A DNA stretch of 64,000 nt, taken from NCBI GenBank assembly GCA_035308565.1, contig DATGGK010000269.1:23656-87655 (forward strand), written 5' to 3'. Each line of letters opens with the position of its first letter. The stretch's first letter is position 1. The translations under genes were made by a program, and so were the position numbers. This DNA comes from Planctomycetota bacterium. Its GTDB lineage: Bacteria > Planctomycetota > SZUA-567 > H5-PLA8. Positions 30,188-43,773 of this stretch are shown one piece after another. The notes below the pieces were generated by a model, which searched no databases, was not told the DNA's origin, and worked only from the letters and a program-made list of their open reading frames with translations.

Positions 30188-30233
30188 TATAGGGTTTCAC
30201 CCCATAGATATGCCTCTGGAAACATCGTACAGT
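30188..30233 (+). promoter_or_regulatory. Promoter-like motif, instance 5: ATAGGGTTTCACCCCATAGATATG plus CGTACAGT 16 nt downstream
   Basis: Begins 13 nt after the glucan synthase stop; upstream of the small-protein/DUF3309 gene pair. Confidence 0.45.
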
Positions 30234-30458
30234 GCCTATGTCAGAAGCATTTGATGAAAATAAGATTTAGTTTAACGCGGGAACGGAATCTCGATGGAGG
30301 CTGTCCCTCTGAAGTAAAATTCGAAGTCACATCAATCATCCCCGAAAGTTCTCTGCCCTCTTCCGCAATTAACAACCCCTGTTGAGGCTCCATTTCCCGC
30401 ATTTTTGATTTCTGTTTGCAAAGCGCATCTCAAACTCATTTGAACAAAGGAAACGCTC

Positions 30459-30626
30459 ATGATGAAGAACATTCCCCTTAAGCGTAATCTACCCATGCTG
30501 AAGGAAGCGGAGCGAAAAGAGCGCGAGGATAACGCGGCGAAAAGACTCTCTTCGAACCTCAACGAGGCCGTGGAAAAGAGCATCGCAAAGAAGTCCAAGG
30601 ACGAAGTACAGTCCAAGCCCAGTTAA
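30459..30626 (+). CDS. Small hydrophilic protein (55 aa); below the 60-aa ORF-track cutoff
   Basis: ATG at 30459 with AAGGA upstream. MMKNIPLKRNLPMLKEAERKEREDNAAKRLSSNLNEAVEKSIAKKSKDEVQSKPS. Confidence 0.35.
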   Translation: MMKNIPLKRNLPMLKEAERKEREDNAAKRLSSNLNEAVEKSIAKKSKDEVQSKPS

Positions 30627-30698
30627 CAACATCCACGCGGTTATCGCAATGGATTCAGATGCCAGGAAGAATCGCAACACCAACCGGAGGTAATAGTC

Positions 30699-30854
30699 AT
30701 GCTAGGTACAATTTTGATTGTCGTGCTCATTCTCGCGCTGCTCGGCGCCATTCCCACATGGGGACACAGCAGAGAATGGGGTTATGGTCCCAGCGGCGGG
30801 CTGGGTCTCGTTCTGCTGATCGTCGTAATACTGATGTTCATGGGCAGAATTTAG
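30699..30854 (+). CDS. DUF3309-family small membrane protein (51 aa); below the ORF-track cutoff
   Basis: GGAGG lies 8 nt before the ATG. MLGTILIVVLILALLGAIPTWGHSREWGYGPSGGLGLVLLIVVILMFMGRI matches the DUF3309 consensus (PTWxxSRxWGYxPSGGLG). Confidence 0.7.
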   Translation: MLGTILIVVLILALLGAIPTWGHSREWGYGPSGGLGLVLLIVVILMFMGRI

Positions 30855-30967
30855 CCGTCCAGCGGGGAGCCATTTAGACGCACAGGAGTCTGGCGAAACC
30901 ACCAGCCCAGCAGGTGCGTCGCATTACTGGTTTTCCAACTCAGTTAGAATCTGCGGGGAGCAAATCG

Positions 30968-31471
30968 ATGGCTGAAATCAATCCCGATCCTTATAAAGCT
31001 GGAGATCCACTTGGACCCATTGGCCGCGTTACAGCGATTTTCAGTTCACTGGCAGATTTAAAGTCCGCTTTGCCCGCGATAAAGAATGCGGGAATCAAGG
31101 GCGACGACACGGCAGTCTTCATTGGAGCCGAAGGTGCGGTGCAACTCGACGCAAGCGGCGAAATTCGCGACATTGCAGGCTTGAAAATGTTTCAAAACGC
31201 CGTGTGCGACGAGGCGCAGTTATTCGAAGAATTCGAACAGGCGTTGGCCGTCGCGGTTCCGCTGAACAGGACCGTGTCGCTCGCGGGGTCATTCGTGGGC
31301 GTGCCGTTGGGCGACCAGTTCAGCGGATCTTCAAAATCCAGGCTGTTCGCGCCGGTCCATGTGTACTGCTGCGCAAAAACGGAAAGAAAAGAAGCGAACG
31401 AAATCAACACCAAGACCGACAGACCCGCAAACTTCATGCGTCCCATGCACATGACGGAGCCCCTCTCTTGA
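30968..31471 (+). CDS. Hypothetical protein (167 aa); its strand is uncertain versus the overlapping minus-strand fragment
   Basis: ATG at 30968. Protein-like, but the first 30 codons have low GC3 and no family was recognised. It overlaps the next feature in antisense. Confidence 0.25.
   Translation: MAEINPDPYKAGDPLGPIGRVTAIFSSLADLKSALPAIKNAGIKGDDTAVFIGAEGAVQLDASGEIRDIAGLKMFQNAVCDEAQLFEEFEQALAVAVPLNRTVSLAGSFVGVPLGDQFSGSSKSRLFAPVHVYCCAKTERKEANEINTKTDRPANFMRPMHMTEPLS
31192..31437 (-). pseudogene. Truncated N-terminus of an 'autotransporter-associated beta-strand repeat' type secreted protein (PVC-typical)
   Basis: MKFAGLSVLVLISFASFLSVFAQQYTWTGANSLDFEDPLNWSPNGTPTNDPASDTVLFSGTA is the stereotyped start of these proteins. 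GC3 is high. It stops after about 80 aa and does not continue in any frame. Confidence 0.35.
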
Positions 31472-31608
31472 GTTGTGATCAATGCCGCAAGAGTAATGAG
31501 ATGGCACTTTGAGTGGCAACATCAATCTGCGCTTTAGCGCAAATAAAATAACGTTTTGAGCAGGGGACAAACCACGATTCAAGCGATTGGCGTTGACGAT
31601 TGAGTGGA

Positions 31609-32172
31609 TTAGAGGCCGAGGCGTTGGAATTCGGCGCAGGCGGATTGAAGGGAAGGTGGCGGATTGCCCTCGAGTTTTCCACGGCGGCACATGGCGGCAA
31701 GTTTTTCGACTTGTGGCTGGCATCGGCTTTCTTCTTTTTTATATTTCGGATATTTATCTTGATCGTCAGCAGCAAGTTCTACAACCTCCTCGCCACGGAG
31801 ATACGCCAGCCAAGTTTCAATATTTCGCTTTGGAATAATGAATGCAAATTTTTCGGTCGGAGTTCGAAATTGTATAGGCTCGTCGCGGCATATTTTCTCA
31901 AACCAATCCAGCCGATCCTGAACAGTCAGCTTGTCAGCGTCCGCAATAACAATCAGACAAGTTGCCGCGCGACTGCTTCGCGCGCGGAACCATTTCAACT
32001 CCTTAATGAATTGCTCGCGAACAAATTGCTCCGCGGATCCCTTGCCAGGCTTAATGGCAACTTCACGTAATTTTCGAGTGTCGAATTTCCGTTCTTTCAG
32101 GAATCGGCTCGCGAAGCTCCGATGTTGAACATCTTCATAAAGAAGTGTGATAAAGACAGCATCTTTGCTCAT
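31609..32172 (-). CDS. Small Toprim-like (RloB/DUF4276-like) partner protein of the upstream ATPase
   Basis: 187 aa. The N-terminal VFITLLYEDVQ provides the conserved Glu and IVIADADK provides a DxD motif, in the spacing expected for Toprim. Start overlaps the ATPase stop (ATGA). Confidence 0.55.
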   Translation of the reverse strand: MSKDAVFITLLYEDVQHRSFASRFLKERKFDTRKLREVAIKPGKGSAEQFVREQFIKELKWFRARSSRAATCLIVIADADKLTVQDRLDWFEKICRDEPIQFRTPTEKFAFIIPKRNIETWLAYLRGEEVVELAADDQDKYPKYKKEESRCQPQVEKLAAMCRRGKLEGNPPPSLQSACAEFQRLGL

Positions 32173-33314
32173 GCAATCCAGCCTCTGGCAACACCCTCAG
32201 AAGCTTTCATCCCTTCGATAGTTTCCTTCGGCGATTCACTGACGCGCACCGGCCCGTTACTTTCACGATCGAACCAGCGGCCCGAATTCATCGCCAAATA
32301 GTCGATTATCTCCGGGTGGTGCGAAATAAGTACCACTTGCTCAATTCCATTATCGCATGCATCCGATAATTCTCTAAGCCACGGTTGGATTTCCCGCAAC
32401 GCAACATAGTTGTCTGGTTCGTCAAGAAAAAGACAATATCCTTGGCCTTTTAGCCCAAATAGTAATGAATATAACGCCACAAGAACGCGCTGCCCGTCCG
32501 ACAGTTCACCGAAATCAAATGATATTGATCTTCCGGATCCATGATTTAGATCGAACAGAACTTTTAATATTCGCGTTTTCTCGCCTTCAGCTTTGATATT
32601 GAAGCTGTTAAATCCGGGCAGCACTTTCTTGAGTTCTTGAAAAATAAGGAAGGCTTGACCTTGATGCTCCTGTGATAAGAACCGATACCAAGCGGCAAAG
32701 TTAGCCATATTACGTGACAGTGCTCGATCCTCAGATTTGCTCTCAGAACTCATCATCGTCGGACAGACCGTTGCAATAATGAGCTTTTCCAATTCAATGC
32801 AAAAAATGTTTAGGCGGTTCATGTGAGGACTGCCCTTAAACGTTCCCACTCCCGACCTGTTCAAATCATATTTGCATTCCACATGATTGTTTGTCCGTTC
32901 ATCGAGGACTGTCGCGTTGCCGGAATTACACAAAAAAAGATTGCCAACCGACACGACTGCCCCTGTAGGGGTTGATTTACTGTTTGTACACATTAGACTC
33001 TCGTGCTTCACACAAGTCTGCTTTCTATCCTTGCTGTGCTCTATCAATAATCTATATTTGAAAACATCTTCTCCCTTCTCGAGCTCAACTTCAAGAACTT
33101 GAGTATCAAGCGTTTCCCATCGCGTTAAATCTTCGGCTGGAAAAATCTCTCGAACTTTCGATTCGCCAACCACGAGCTGCTGCAATTTCCAAAGCACTTC
33201 AAATACCGTCGTCTTCCCCGACCCATTCTCCCCCAACAGCAGATTCATCCGGTCGAACTTGATCTCAAAGTTCACCAGACATCGAAAATTGTCCACATAA
33301 AGCCGCTTCAACAT
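32169..33314 (-). CDS. ABC-type AAA_21-like ATPase (OLD/AbiLi/PtuA-class)
   Basis: N-terminal Walker A LLGENGSGKTT; C-terminal signature-like LSDGQRVL, Walker B CLFLDEPDNYV, and H-loop ISHHP, separated by a roughly 200-aa insert. The coding sequence is visibly AT-richer than its neighbours. Confidence 0.8.
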   Translation of the reverse strand: MLKRLYVDNFRCLVNFEIKFDRMNLLLGENGSGKTTVFEVLWKLQQLVVGESKVREIFPAEDLTRWETLDTQVLEVELEKGEDVFKYRLLIEHSKDRKQTCVKHESLMCTNSKSTPTGAVVSVGNLFLCNSGNATVLDERTNNHVECKYDLNRSGVGTFKGSPHMNRLNIFCIELEKLIIATVCPTMMSSESKSEDRALSRNMANFAAWYRFLSQEHQGQAFLIFQELKKVLPGFNSFNIKAEGEKTRILKVLFDLNHGSGRSISFDFGELSDGQRVLVALYSLLFGLKGQGYCLFLDEPDNYVALREIQPWLRELSDACDNGIEQVVLISHHPEIIDYLAMNSGRWFDRESNGPVRVSESPKETIEGMKASEGVARGWIA

Positions 33315-33431
33315 GGCGCCCTCTTTTCTGCCGAATCATTCTACAATACTATCTCGTCATTCTCCAAACGAAACCGGCGGGAAAAGCTCCTCGCCCTCCC
33401 GCCGGTCTCCAGTCTCTCGTCTCCAGTCTAT

Positions 33432-37754
<4,323 letters not shown>

Positions 37755-37799
37755 TGTGCGTTCTCCCAATCTGCCGTTACATCAAAAATCGTTTCGAGT

Positions 37800-38225
37800 C
37801 TCTTGCAAAAGTGCACTTCGTGTCGTTACTTTTCCGAAAGTTCTCTTGTCTAAGTGCGCCGCGCCGCTATACCGTGTGCGGTTGAATTCTGGGGTTTTCG
37901 TACCGCCGGCTTCCAGCCGGCAAGTTTCTCAATCGGGCCGGCTGGAAGCCGGCGATACAAAAGCCAAGTTTTCGACCGCGCGGAGTATAATTCAATTGCT
38001 GCAAGAATTGCACCTCGTTCGTTCGTAGTCCCGCCTTTAGGCGGAAGCGCACTCGATCCGAATTATGTGCAATAGTTGCACATGTGCGCACGGATCCCAG
38101 TCAGTTACTTTGTGCCTTCGCGCCTTTGCGTGAAAATTCGTTGCAAAAGTTGCACACCGTGCACGCAACTCACTTTTCCTCCGCGTCTCTACGCGATAAC
38201 TCCGTTGCAAAAGTTGCACCACGTG
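37800..38225. repeat. Five dispersed copies of a roughly 20-nt motif (TTGCAAAAGTTGCACnnCGTG-like) in the rpoB-rpoC spacer
   Basis: Copies start near 37802, 37992, 38063, 38137 and 38199. Confidence 0.5.
37905..37953. promoter_or_regulatory. Perfect 17-bp inverted repeat (GCCGGCTTCCAGCCGGC, 15-nt loop) inside the rpoB-rpoC spacer
   Basis: Read directly from the sequence. Candidate processing or attenuation stem-loop. Confidence 0.45.
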
Positions 38226-38227
38226 TC

Positions 38228-41200
38228 CTATTGCGGTCGTTGCTTCTTCTCCAACTTAATATTCAAGCCCAACCCCTTGATCTCGTTGCACAGCACGTCG
38301 AAGCTCACCGGCGTGCCCGGCTCCAGGATGTTCTCGCCCTTCACCATGCTCTCATAAATCTTCGTGCGCCCTTCCACGTCGTCGGACTTCACTGTCAGCA
38401 ATTCCTGAAGGATGTTCGCCGCGCCATACGCTTGCAGCGCCCACACTTCCATTTCGCCAAAACGCTGCCCGCCCGACCGCGCCTTGCCGCCCAACGGCTG
38501 CTGCGTGATCAGCGAGTACGGCCCCGTCGCGCGCGCGTGAATCTTGTCGGCGACCAAATGATGCAGCTTGAGCATGTACATGATGCCCACGCCCGTCTTC
38601 TGATCGAACGCGTCGCCCGTGCGGCCGTCGTAAAGCTGGCTCTTCATGTCCTGATTCATGCCCGCTTCTTTGACCGCTTCGACAATCTCCTTCTCCGCCG
38701 CGCCGTCGAACACCGGCGTCACTGCGCGGAAGCCGCTCTTCTGAGCCGCGTAGCCCAGATGTAATTCCAGAATCTGCCCGAAATTCATGCGCGACGGCAC
38801 GCCCAGCGGATTCAAAATCATCTGAATCGGCGTCCCGTCCGCGAGGAACGGCATGTCCTCTTCAGGCAGGATGCGGCTGACGACTCCTTTATTACCGTGC
38901 CGTCCGGCCATCTTGTCACCGACGGACAACCTGCGCTTCACCGCGACGTACACCTTCACCAATTCCAGCACGCCCGGCTGCAACTCGTCGCCGCGCTTGA
39001 GCTTCCCGACTTTGCGGTCCAGATCGACTTCCAGCACGCGCTTGCGTTTGTCGTACGCGTACGCCGTCATGCGCGCCTTGCGTCGCGTCGCCGGATGCAT
39101 CTCCACTTTGTTCAAATCCATCGCCTGGTCGATCGCAATCGCATCTTCGTCGGTGGATGTCTTCGCCAATTCATACTTCTGGCCCGTCTCGGCGTTGACC
39201 AGCTTCCCGTCCACGATTTCCTTCAGCGCTTCGAGCTTCTGACGGATCACTTCGGCGATGCGCTGCTTGTATTCGGCTTCGATGCGCTTGATCTGCTTGC
39301 GGTTCTCACCGCGTTCCTCTTCGCCGCTCGGTGAGGCGCGCGTGAAGCGCTCCACGTTGATCACGTACCCTTCGCAGCCCGGCTTGACTTCCAGCGAATC
39401 GTTCTTCACGTCTTCGCCGGCGCGTCCGAAGATCGCGTGCAGCAGCTTCTCTTCGCTCGACAATTCGCTCTTGCTCTTCGGCGCGATCTTGCCGACGAGA
39501 ATATCGCCGGGCTTGACGCGCGTTCCGATGCGCACCAGCCCCTTGTCGTCGAGATTCCGCAGCGCCTGTTCCGACACGTTCGGAATGTCGCGCGTGATTT
39601 CTTCGCGGCCCAGTTTCGTTTCGCGGATTTCCACCGAGAATTCCTCGATGTGAATCGACGTGAACACATCTTCGCGCACCGCCCGCTCGTTGACCAGAAT
39701 CGCGTCTTCGAAGTTGTAGCCTTCCCAGCTCATGAACGCGACCAGCACGTTATTTCCCAGCGCCAGATCGCCCCAGCGCGTCGCCGCGCCCTCGGTGAGC
39801 ACCTGGCTCTTTTCAACTTTGTCGCCGGCCTTGATGATCGGCGTTTGATTCAAGCACGTGCGTTCGTTCAGCCCGAAATACTTGCGCAGCGGATACTCCA
39901 CCGTCTTCGCGCTCGCGCCGCCGCCGTATTTCACGACAATCTTCGCGCCGTCCGCGTACTCAATCACGCCGTCGTCCTCGGCCACCACCATCATGCCTGA
40001 ATTTCTGGCCACGTACGGCTCCATGCCCGTCCCCACCAGCGGCGGATGCGGCCGCACCAGCGGCACGGCCTGGCGCTGCATGTTCGATCCCATCAGCGCG
40101 CGATTCGCGTCGTCGTGTTCAAGGAACGGAATCAGCGCCGCGGCCACGCCCACCAACTGCTTGGGCGAAATGTCCATCAACGTGATCTCTTCCGTCGGCA
40201 CGTTCACGAATTCCGAACGCCGCCGCGCGATCAGCCGATCCACCAGAATCTTGTTCGTCTTCTTGTCCATCGGCACTTCGGCGTTGGCGATGGTGTGCTC
40301 GTGTTCTTCGTCCGCGCGCAGATACACGACCTCGTCGGTCACCGTCCCCTTCTTCACCACCACGAACGGCGTGACGAGGAATCCGTAATCGTTGATGCTG
40401 CCGTAAATCGCCAGCGACACGATCAATCCGATGTTCGTGCCTTCCGGCGTCTCGATCGGACAGATGCGCCCGTAATGCGACGGATGCACGTCGCGGACTT
40501 CGAATCCCGCGCGCTTTCGATTCAATCCGCCCGGCCCCAGCGCGCTCAAACGCCGTTCGTGCGTGAGCTGCGACAGCGGGTTGCTCTGATCGACCACCTG
40601 TGACAATTCGCCGCGCGCAAAGAAATATTCGATGCTCGACGCCACCGTCTGGCTATTAATAAGGGTGCGCGGCGTCATTTCCCCCGCGTCCTTCAAACTC
40701 ATCCGTTCGCGCACGCTGCGCCGCAGCTTGATCATGCCCTTGCGGAACTCGTCCATGACGAGGTCCTTGATCGTGCGCACGCGCCGGTTTTCCAAATGAT
40801 CGATGTCGTCCGGGTTGCCTCGGCCCGTGCGCAGGTTCATGATGTACTTTAGCACGTTGAAGTAATCTTCAGCCGTCAGCGTCAGCATCTCCTCCGGCAC
40901 CGTCTGCCCGAATTTGCGGTTCAAGCGGAAGCGTCCGATGCGCCCGAAATTGTAACGCTTGTCGTCGAAGAACAATTCGTTGAACAACTCGATCGCCTTC
41001 TCCTTCTGAGGCGGGTTGCCCGGGCGCATGCGCTGATAAATCCGCAGCATCGCCTCTTCGTGGCTGTCCACGTCGTCTTCCCGAATCGAATTGAGAATCA
41101 ACTCGTCCTTGACTTCCGTGATCACATCGACTTCCTTGACCTTCAATCCGCGGATCGTGTCGATGATCTCTTCCGTCAGCTTGGTCAGCGCCGGCACCAC

Positions 41201-41956
41201 CACTTCGCCCGAACTCGGATCGGCGATGTCGTGCGTCAGCACAGTCCCTTTAAGCTTCTCGGTCTTCGACGAGAGCGAAATCGATTCGACCGGGTAGAAC
41301 GCTTTCAAAATATCGCGCGTAGAACCAAAGCGTTCGTCCAGCGCTCGCAAGAACGTCGTGCCAATGATTTTCCCCGAGCGGTCGATGCGCAGATAAAGCA
41401 GGTCTTTCGCCGTGACTTCGACCTGAATCCAGCTCCCGCGTTCCGGAATGATGCGGCACGAATGCAGCCGTTTTCCGGACGGATGCACTTCTTCCGAAAA
41501 ATCCGCGCCCGGCGAGCGCTGAATCTGCGTGACGATCACGCGCTCGGCGCCGTTGATGATGAATTCGCCGCCGCCAATCATCAGCGGCACCGCGCCAAGA
41601 TAAACTTCCTCGTCCACAATCGCTTCTTCGCGCTTGAGCCGGCATTTGATCTTCAGCGGCGCGCCATAAGTCAGCCCCAGCGAGCGGCATTCGTCCGGCG
41701 TGTGCCGCGGTTCGCCCAGATCGTATTCGATGAAATCCAGCGAAATCGTCTCGTCGTAAGACAAGACGGGGAAGACCTCTTGAAAGATGGCCTGCAACCC
41801 GTCGCGCTTGCGCTCGTTGGGCAGCACTTCGGCCTGCAGGAACTCGGCGTAAAATCTCCGCTGAGTCTCGCAAAGGTCGGGGATGTCGATGAGGTGGCGG
41901 GCGCGTCCAAAATAGCGAATGGGCAGCATTGATTTTCCCTTAAAGTCGTCTTTCAC
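38228..41956 (-). CDS. rpoB: DNA-directed RNA polymerase subunit beta
   Basis: 1242 aa with all RpoB hallmark blocks (rifampicin cluster region, the [15 protein letters not shown] motif, and the C-terminal [10 protein letters not shown]). The real start may be the second in-frame Met (MLPIRYF...). Confidence 0.95.
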   Translation of the reverse strand: MKDDFKGKSMLPIRYFGRARHLIDIPDLCETQRRFYAEFLQAEVLPNERKRDGLQAIFQEVFPVLSYDETISLDFIEYDLGEPRHTPDECRSLGLTYGAPLKIKCRLKREEAIVDEEVYLGAVPLMIGGGEFIINGAERVIVTQIQRSPGADFSEEVHPSGKRLHSCRIIPERGSWIQVEVTAKDLLYLRIDRSGKIIGTTFLRALDERFGSTRDILKAFYPVESISLSSKTEKLKGTVLTHDIADPSSGEVVVPALTKLTEEIIDTIRGLKVKEVDVITEVKDELILNSIREDDVDSHEEAMLRIYQRMRPGNPPQKEKAIELFNELFFDDKRYNFGRIGRFRLNRKFGQTVPEEMLTLTAEDYFNVLKYIMNLRTGRGNPDDIDHLENRRVRTIKDLVMDEFRKGMIKLRRSVRERMSLKDAGEMTPRTLINSQTVASSIEYFFARGELSQVVDQSNPLSQLTHERRLSALGPGGLNRKRAGFEVRDVHPSHYGRICPIETPEGTNIGLIVSLAIYGSINDYGFLVTPFVVVKKGTVTDEVVYLRADEEHEHTIANAEVPMDKKTNKILVDRLIARRRSEFVNVPTEEITLMDISPKQLVGVAAALIPFLEHDDANRALMGSNMQRQAVPLVRPHPPLVGTGMEPYVARNSGMMVVAEDDGVIEYADGAKIVVKYGGGASAKTVEYPLRKYFGLNERTCLNQTPIIKAGDKVEKSQVLTEGAATRWGDLALGNNVLVAFMSWEGYNFEDAILVNERAVREDVFTSIHIEEFSVEIRETKLGREEITRDIPNVSEQALRNLDDKGLVRIGTRVKPGDILVGKIAPKSKSELSSEEKLLHAIFGRAGEDVKNDSLEVKPGCEGYVINVERFTRASPSGEEERGENRKQIKRIEAEYKQRIAEVIRQKLEALKEIVDGKLVNAETGQKYELAKTSTDEDAIAIDQAMDLNKVEMHPATRRKARMTAYAYDKRKRVLEVDLDRKVGKLKRGDELQPGVLELVKVYVAVKRRLSVGDKMAGRHGNKGVVSRILPEEDMPFLADGTPIQMILNPLGVPSRMNFGQILELHLGYAAQKSGFRAVTPVFDGAAEKEIVEAVKEAGMNQDMKSQLYDGRTGDAFDQKTGVGIMYMLKLHHLVADKIHARATGPYSLITQQPLGGKARSGGQRFGEMEVWALQAYGAANILQELLTVKSDDVEGRTKIYESMVKGENILEPGTPVSFDVLCNEIKGLGLNIKLEKKQRPQ

Positions 41957-42019
41957 TCAGCGAAAGAACGTTACGTGTCTGTTTACAAATCGATGATCTC
42001 ATGCGTCTTCATGCCGGGT

Positions 42020-42090
42020 TGCCGTTCCCCTCTCCCTCCGGGAGAGGGCCGACGGGCGTACCCGCCCGCGGGGTGAGGGGAAATTGCGCT
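42020..42090. other. GC-rich multi-hairpin element about 65-130 nt upstream of rpoB
   Basis: Outer stem TTCCCCTC/GAGGGGAA encloses the hairpins CCCTCTCC..GGAGAGGG and CGGGCG-TACC-CGCCCG. Confidence 0.3.
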
Positions 42091-42511
42091 CCAGCATGAC
42101 ACAAACCCTTGGTGGATGAGCACCAAATTTCCACAGCCTTTTCGTGCGACATCTTCAGCAATCCGTTTCAAACGACAAAAAAGGACAACACAAGACCACG
42201 CCTCGACGTAGTCCTGAGGTCCTTTCAAAATTCGACTTCGTTACCTAAGTGCGACCATCTTAATGGGTGGCCGTGCTTTCTTTTTTACGGGCTTCCGTCC
42301 TGTTGCAAACGAGAAGCGATGCAGCAGCAAAGCCCGAACAGCGAAGCTTCCCAGAGGACAAGGCTTGCGGCGCACAGCGGGAAGCCGAGAACGGCGCGCC
42401 AATCAGCCTGATAATTTCGAAACTGTATTAAACCCGATAAATCAGCGCCTGTCAAATGGATTTGGCATGATTTTTGAAATATTTTAAAGCATTGCCATGC
42501 CTACGATAACG

Positions 42512-43231
42512 TCAAAACATTGTGGGTCCGAAGTAAAAAGTAGTCGGCCATTTCTCTGAAATTCGCTCTAGCACGGTGCGCTTTGAAATTGAAATTCGAA
42601 AATCCGCAAAAAGCTCCAACGGGTCTGGGATGCCATCATCACTGTTTGTCTTTACCTCGTAATCCAAATCCAACGCCTTAAACTGAATCGATCTCTCCTC
42701 GGATGATCCAAACGCGGGGGTCTCCACGAAATATTCGATTGGATCGCTGGACTCCTCCGTCAATTCGCTTCTATAATCAAAAGTGACGACCACGGGTCGT
42801 GCACGATGACACTTGACTACAAGCACCCGCCACACCTTATATCGATGCTCATTCCGATCAGAACTTTGAGCCGTTGCTCCGATGTGAATGTGCAGTCCTA
42901 CGCCTTCCTGCCAGTACATCGAATCGTAAATCTCAAATCCACGAAGAGACGCTGCCTTCTTGGAAAGTATGAACTCGTTTTCAGCAAGCGGCTTCGACCA
43001 ATCAATGGCTTCGTTTTCCGACACATCGCCTTGGAAGAAAATTGGATCCCCGCCAATTTGAATTTGCTGGTCACCGTGCATTCTGATCGGCACGTGAAGC
43101 TGCGCGATCTGGCGTCGATGCGCGTCGTTGTCAATTGCGCCCAAGTCCATTAAGCCACCTCGACCCAACTCTTGGCCCACGCAAACGAGCGCGTGAAGTG
43201 TCACGAGCACGAAAACTAATCGAGTTAACAT
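42512..43231 (-). CDS. Hypothetical secreted protein, lower GC; last gene of the minus-strand operon
   Basis: ATG at 43231 with signal peptide MLTRLVFVLVTLHALVCVG. The track start at 43270 is a TTG. Confidence 0.45.
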   Translation of the reverse strand: MLTRLVFVLVTLHALVCVGQELGRGGLMDLGAIDNDAHRRQIAQLHVPIRMHGDQQIQIGGDPIFFQGDVSENEAIDWSKPLAENEFILSKKAASLRGFEIYDSMYWQEGVGLHIHIGATAQSSDRNEHRYKVWRVLVVKCHRARPVVVTFDYRSELTEESSDPIEYFVETPAFGSSEERSIQFKALDLDYEVKTNSDDGIPDPLELFADFRISISKRTVLERISEKWPTTFYFGPTMF

Positions 43232-43266
43232 GTTATTTCTCCAATTCCAAGCATCGCGTACGTCGC

Positions 43267-43773
43267 TCAAAATCGAGGCAGCCCGACGCCCATGTTCTCG
43301 AGATTAAATTTCTCGCGTCTCAAACCGTTTGCGTCACCGAGATGGATCTTCGACTCTGAGTCTTCGAGTTTCCTCTCCAGAATCTTCGATTTCTTTGTTG
43401 GCGGATTCCACTTCCACCCCTTAATCAAGCTATCCGCATCCAACTCGTCCTTCCGGCCTCGTGGCGGCGAGATCCTCCAAATCTCGAACATCGACGGTCC
43501 GAAAAGACGTGCCTCGCGTTGCGGCGCAGGTTGGCGTGAACTCTCCGCGTTTATCATCGCGCGCAGTTGCGCAACCTCGCGCGCCAAGTCCGCCGAAAGC
43601 TGCGTTTGATTGTTGCCTGTCGCCACTTGCGGCACGTTTCCGCTGCAAGCGGCCTGTGCCGGCGGTGCCGCACGCGGACACGGCTCACAACATTCATCGC
43701 GGTCGTGGCAGGAACAGAGCAGCAGCGAAAGCGCAAGAGATGCGGCGGAAACAAGCAGGGACCGTTGACTCAT
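43267..43773 (-). CDS. Cys-motif lipoprotein, paralog 1
   Basis: Lipobox LLLCSC, then CHDRDECCEPCPR. The first 110 nt are about 85% identical to the next gene. Confidence 0.5.
   Translation of the reverse strand: MSQRSLLVSAASLALSLLLCSCHDRDECCEPCPRAAPPAQAACSGNVPQVATGNNQTQLSADLAREVAQLRAMINAESSRQPAPQREARLFGPSMFEIWRISPPRGRKDELDADSLIKGWKWNPPTKKSKILERKLEDSESKIHLGDANGLRREKFNLENMGVGLPRF

Noticed and set aside
41983-42228. 81-aa minus-strand ORF in the rpoB upstream leader, and a search for rplL/rplJ there
   Set aside because: The translation is not L7/L12-like or L10-like. The region is better explained as a structured non-coding leader.
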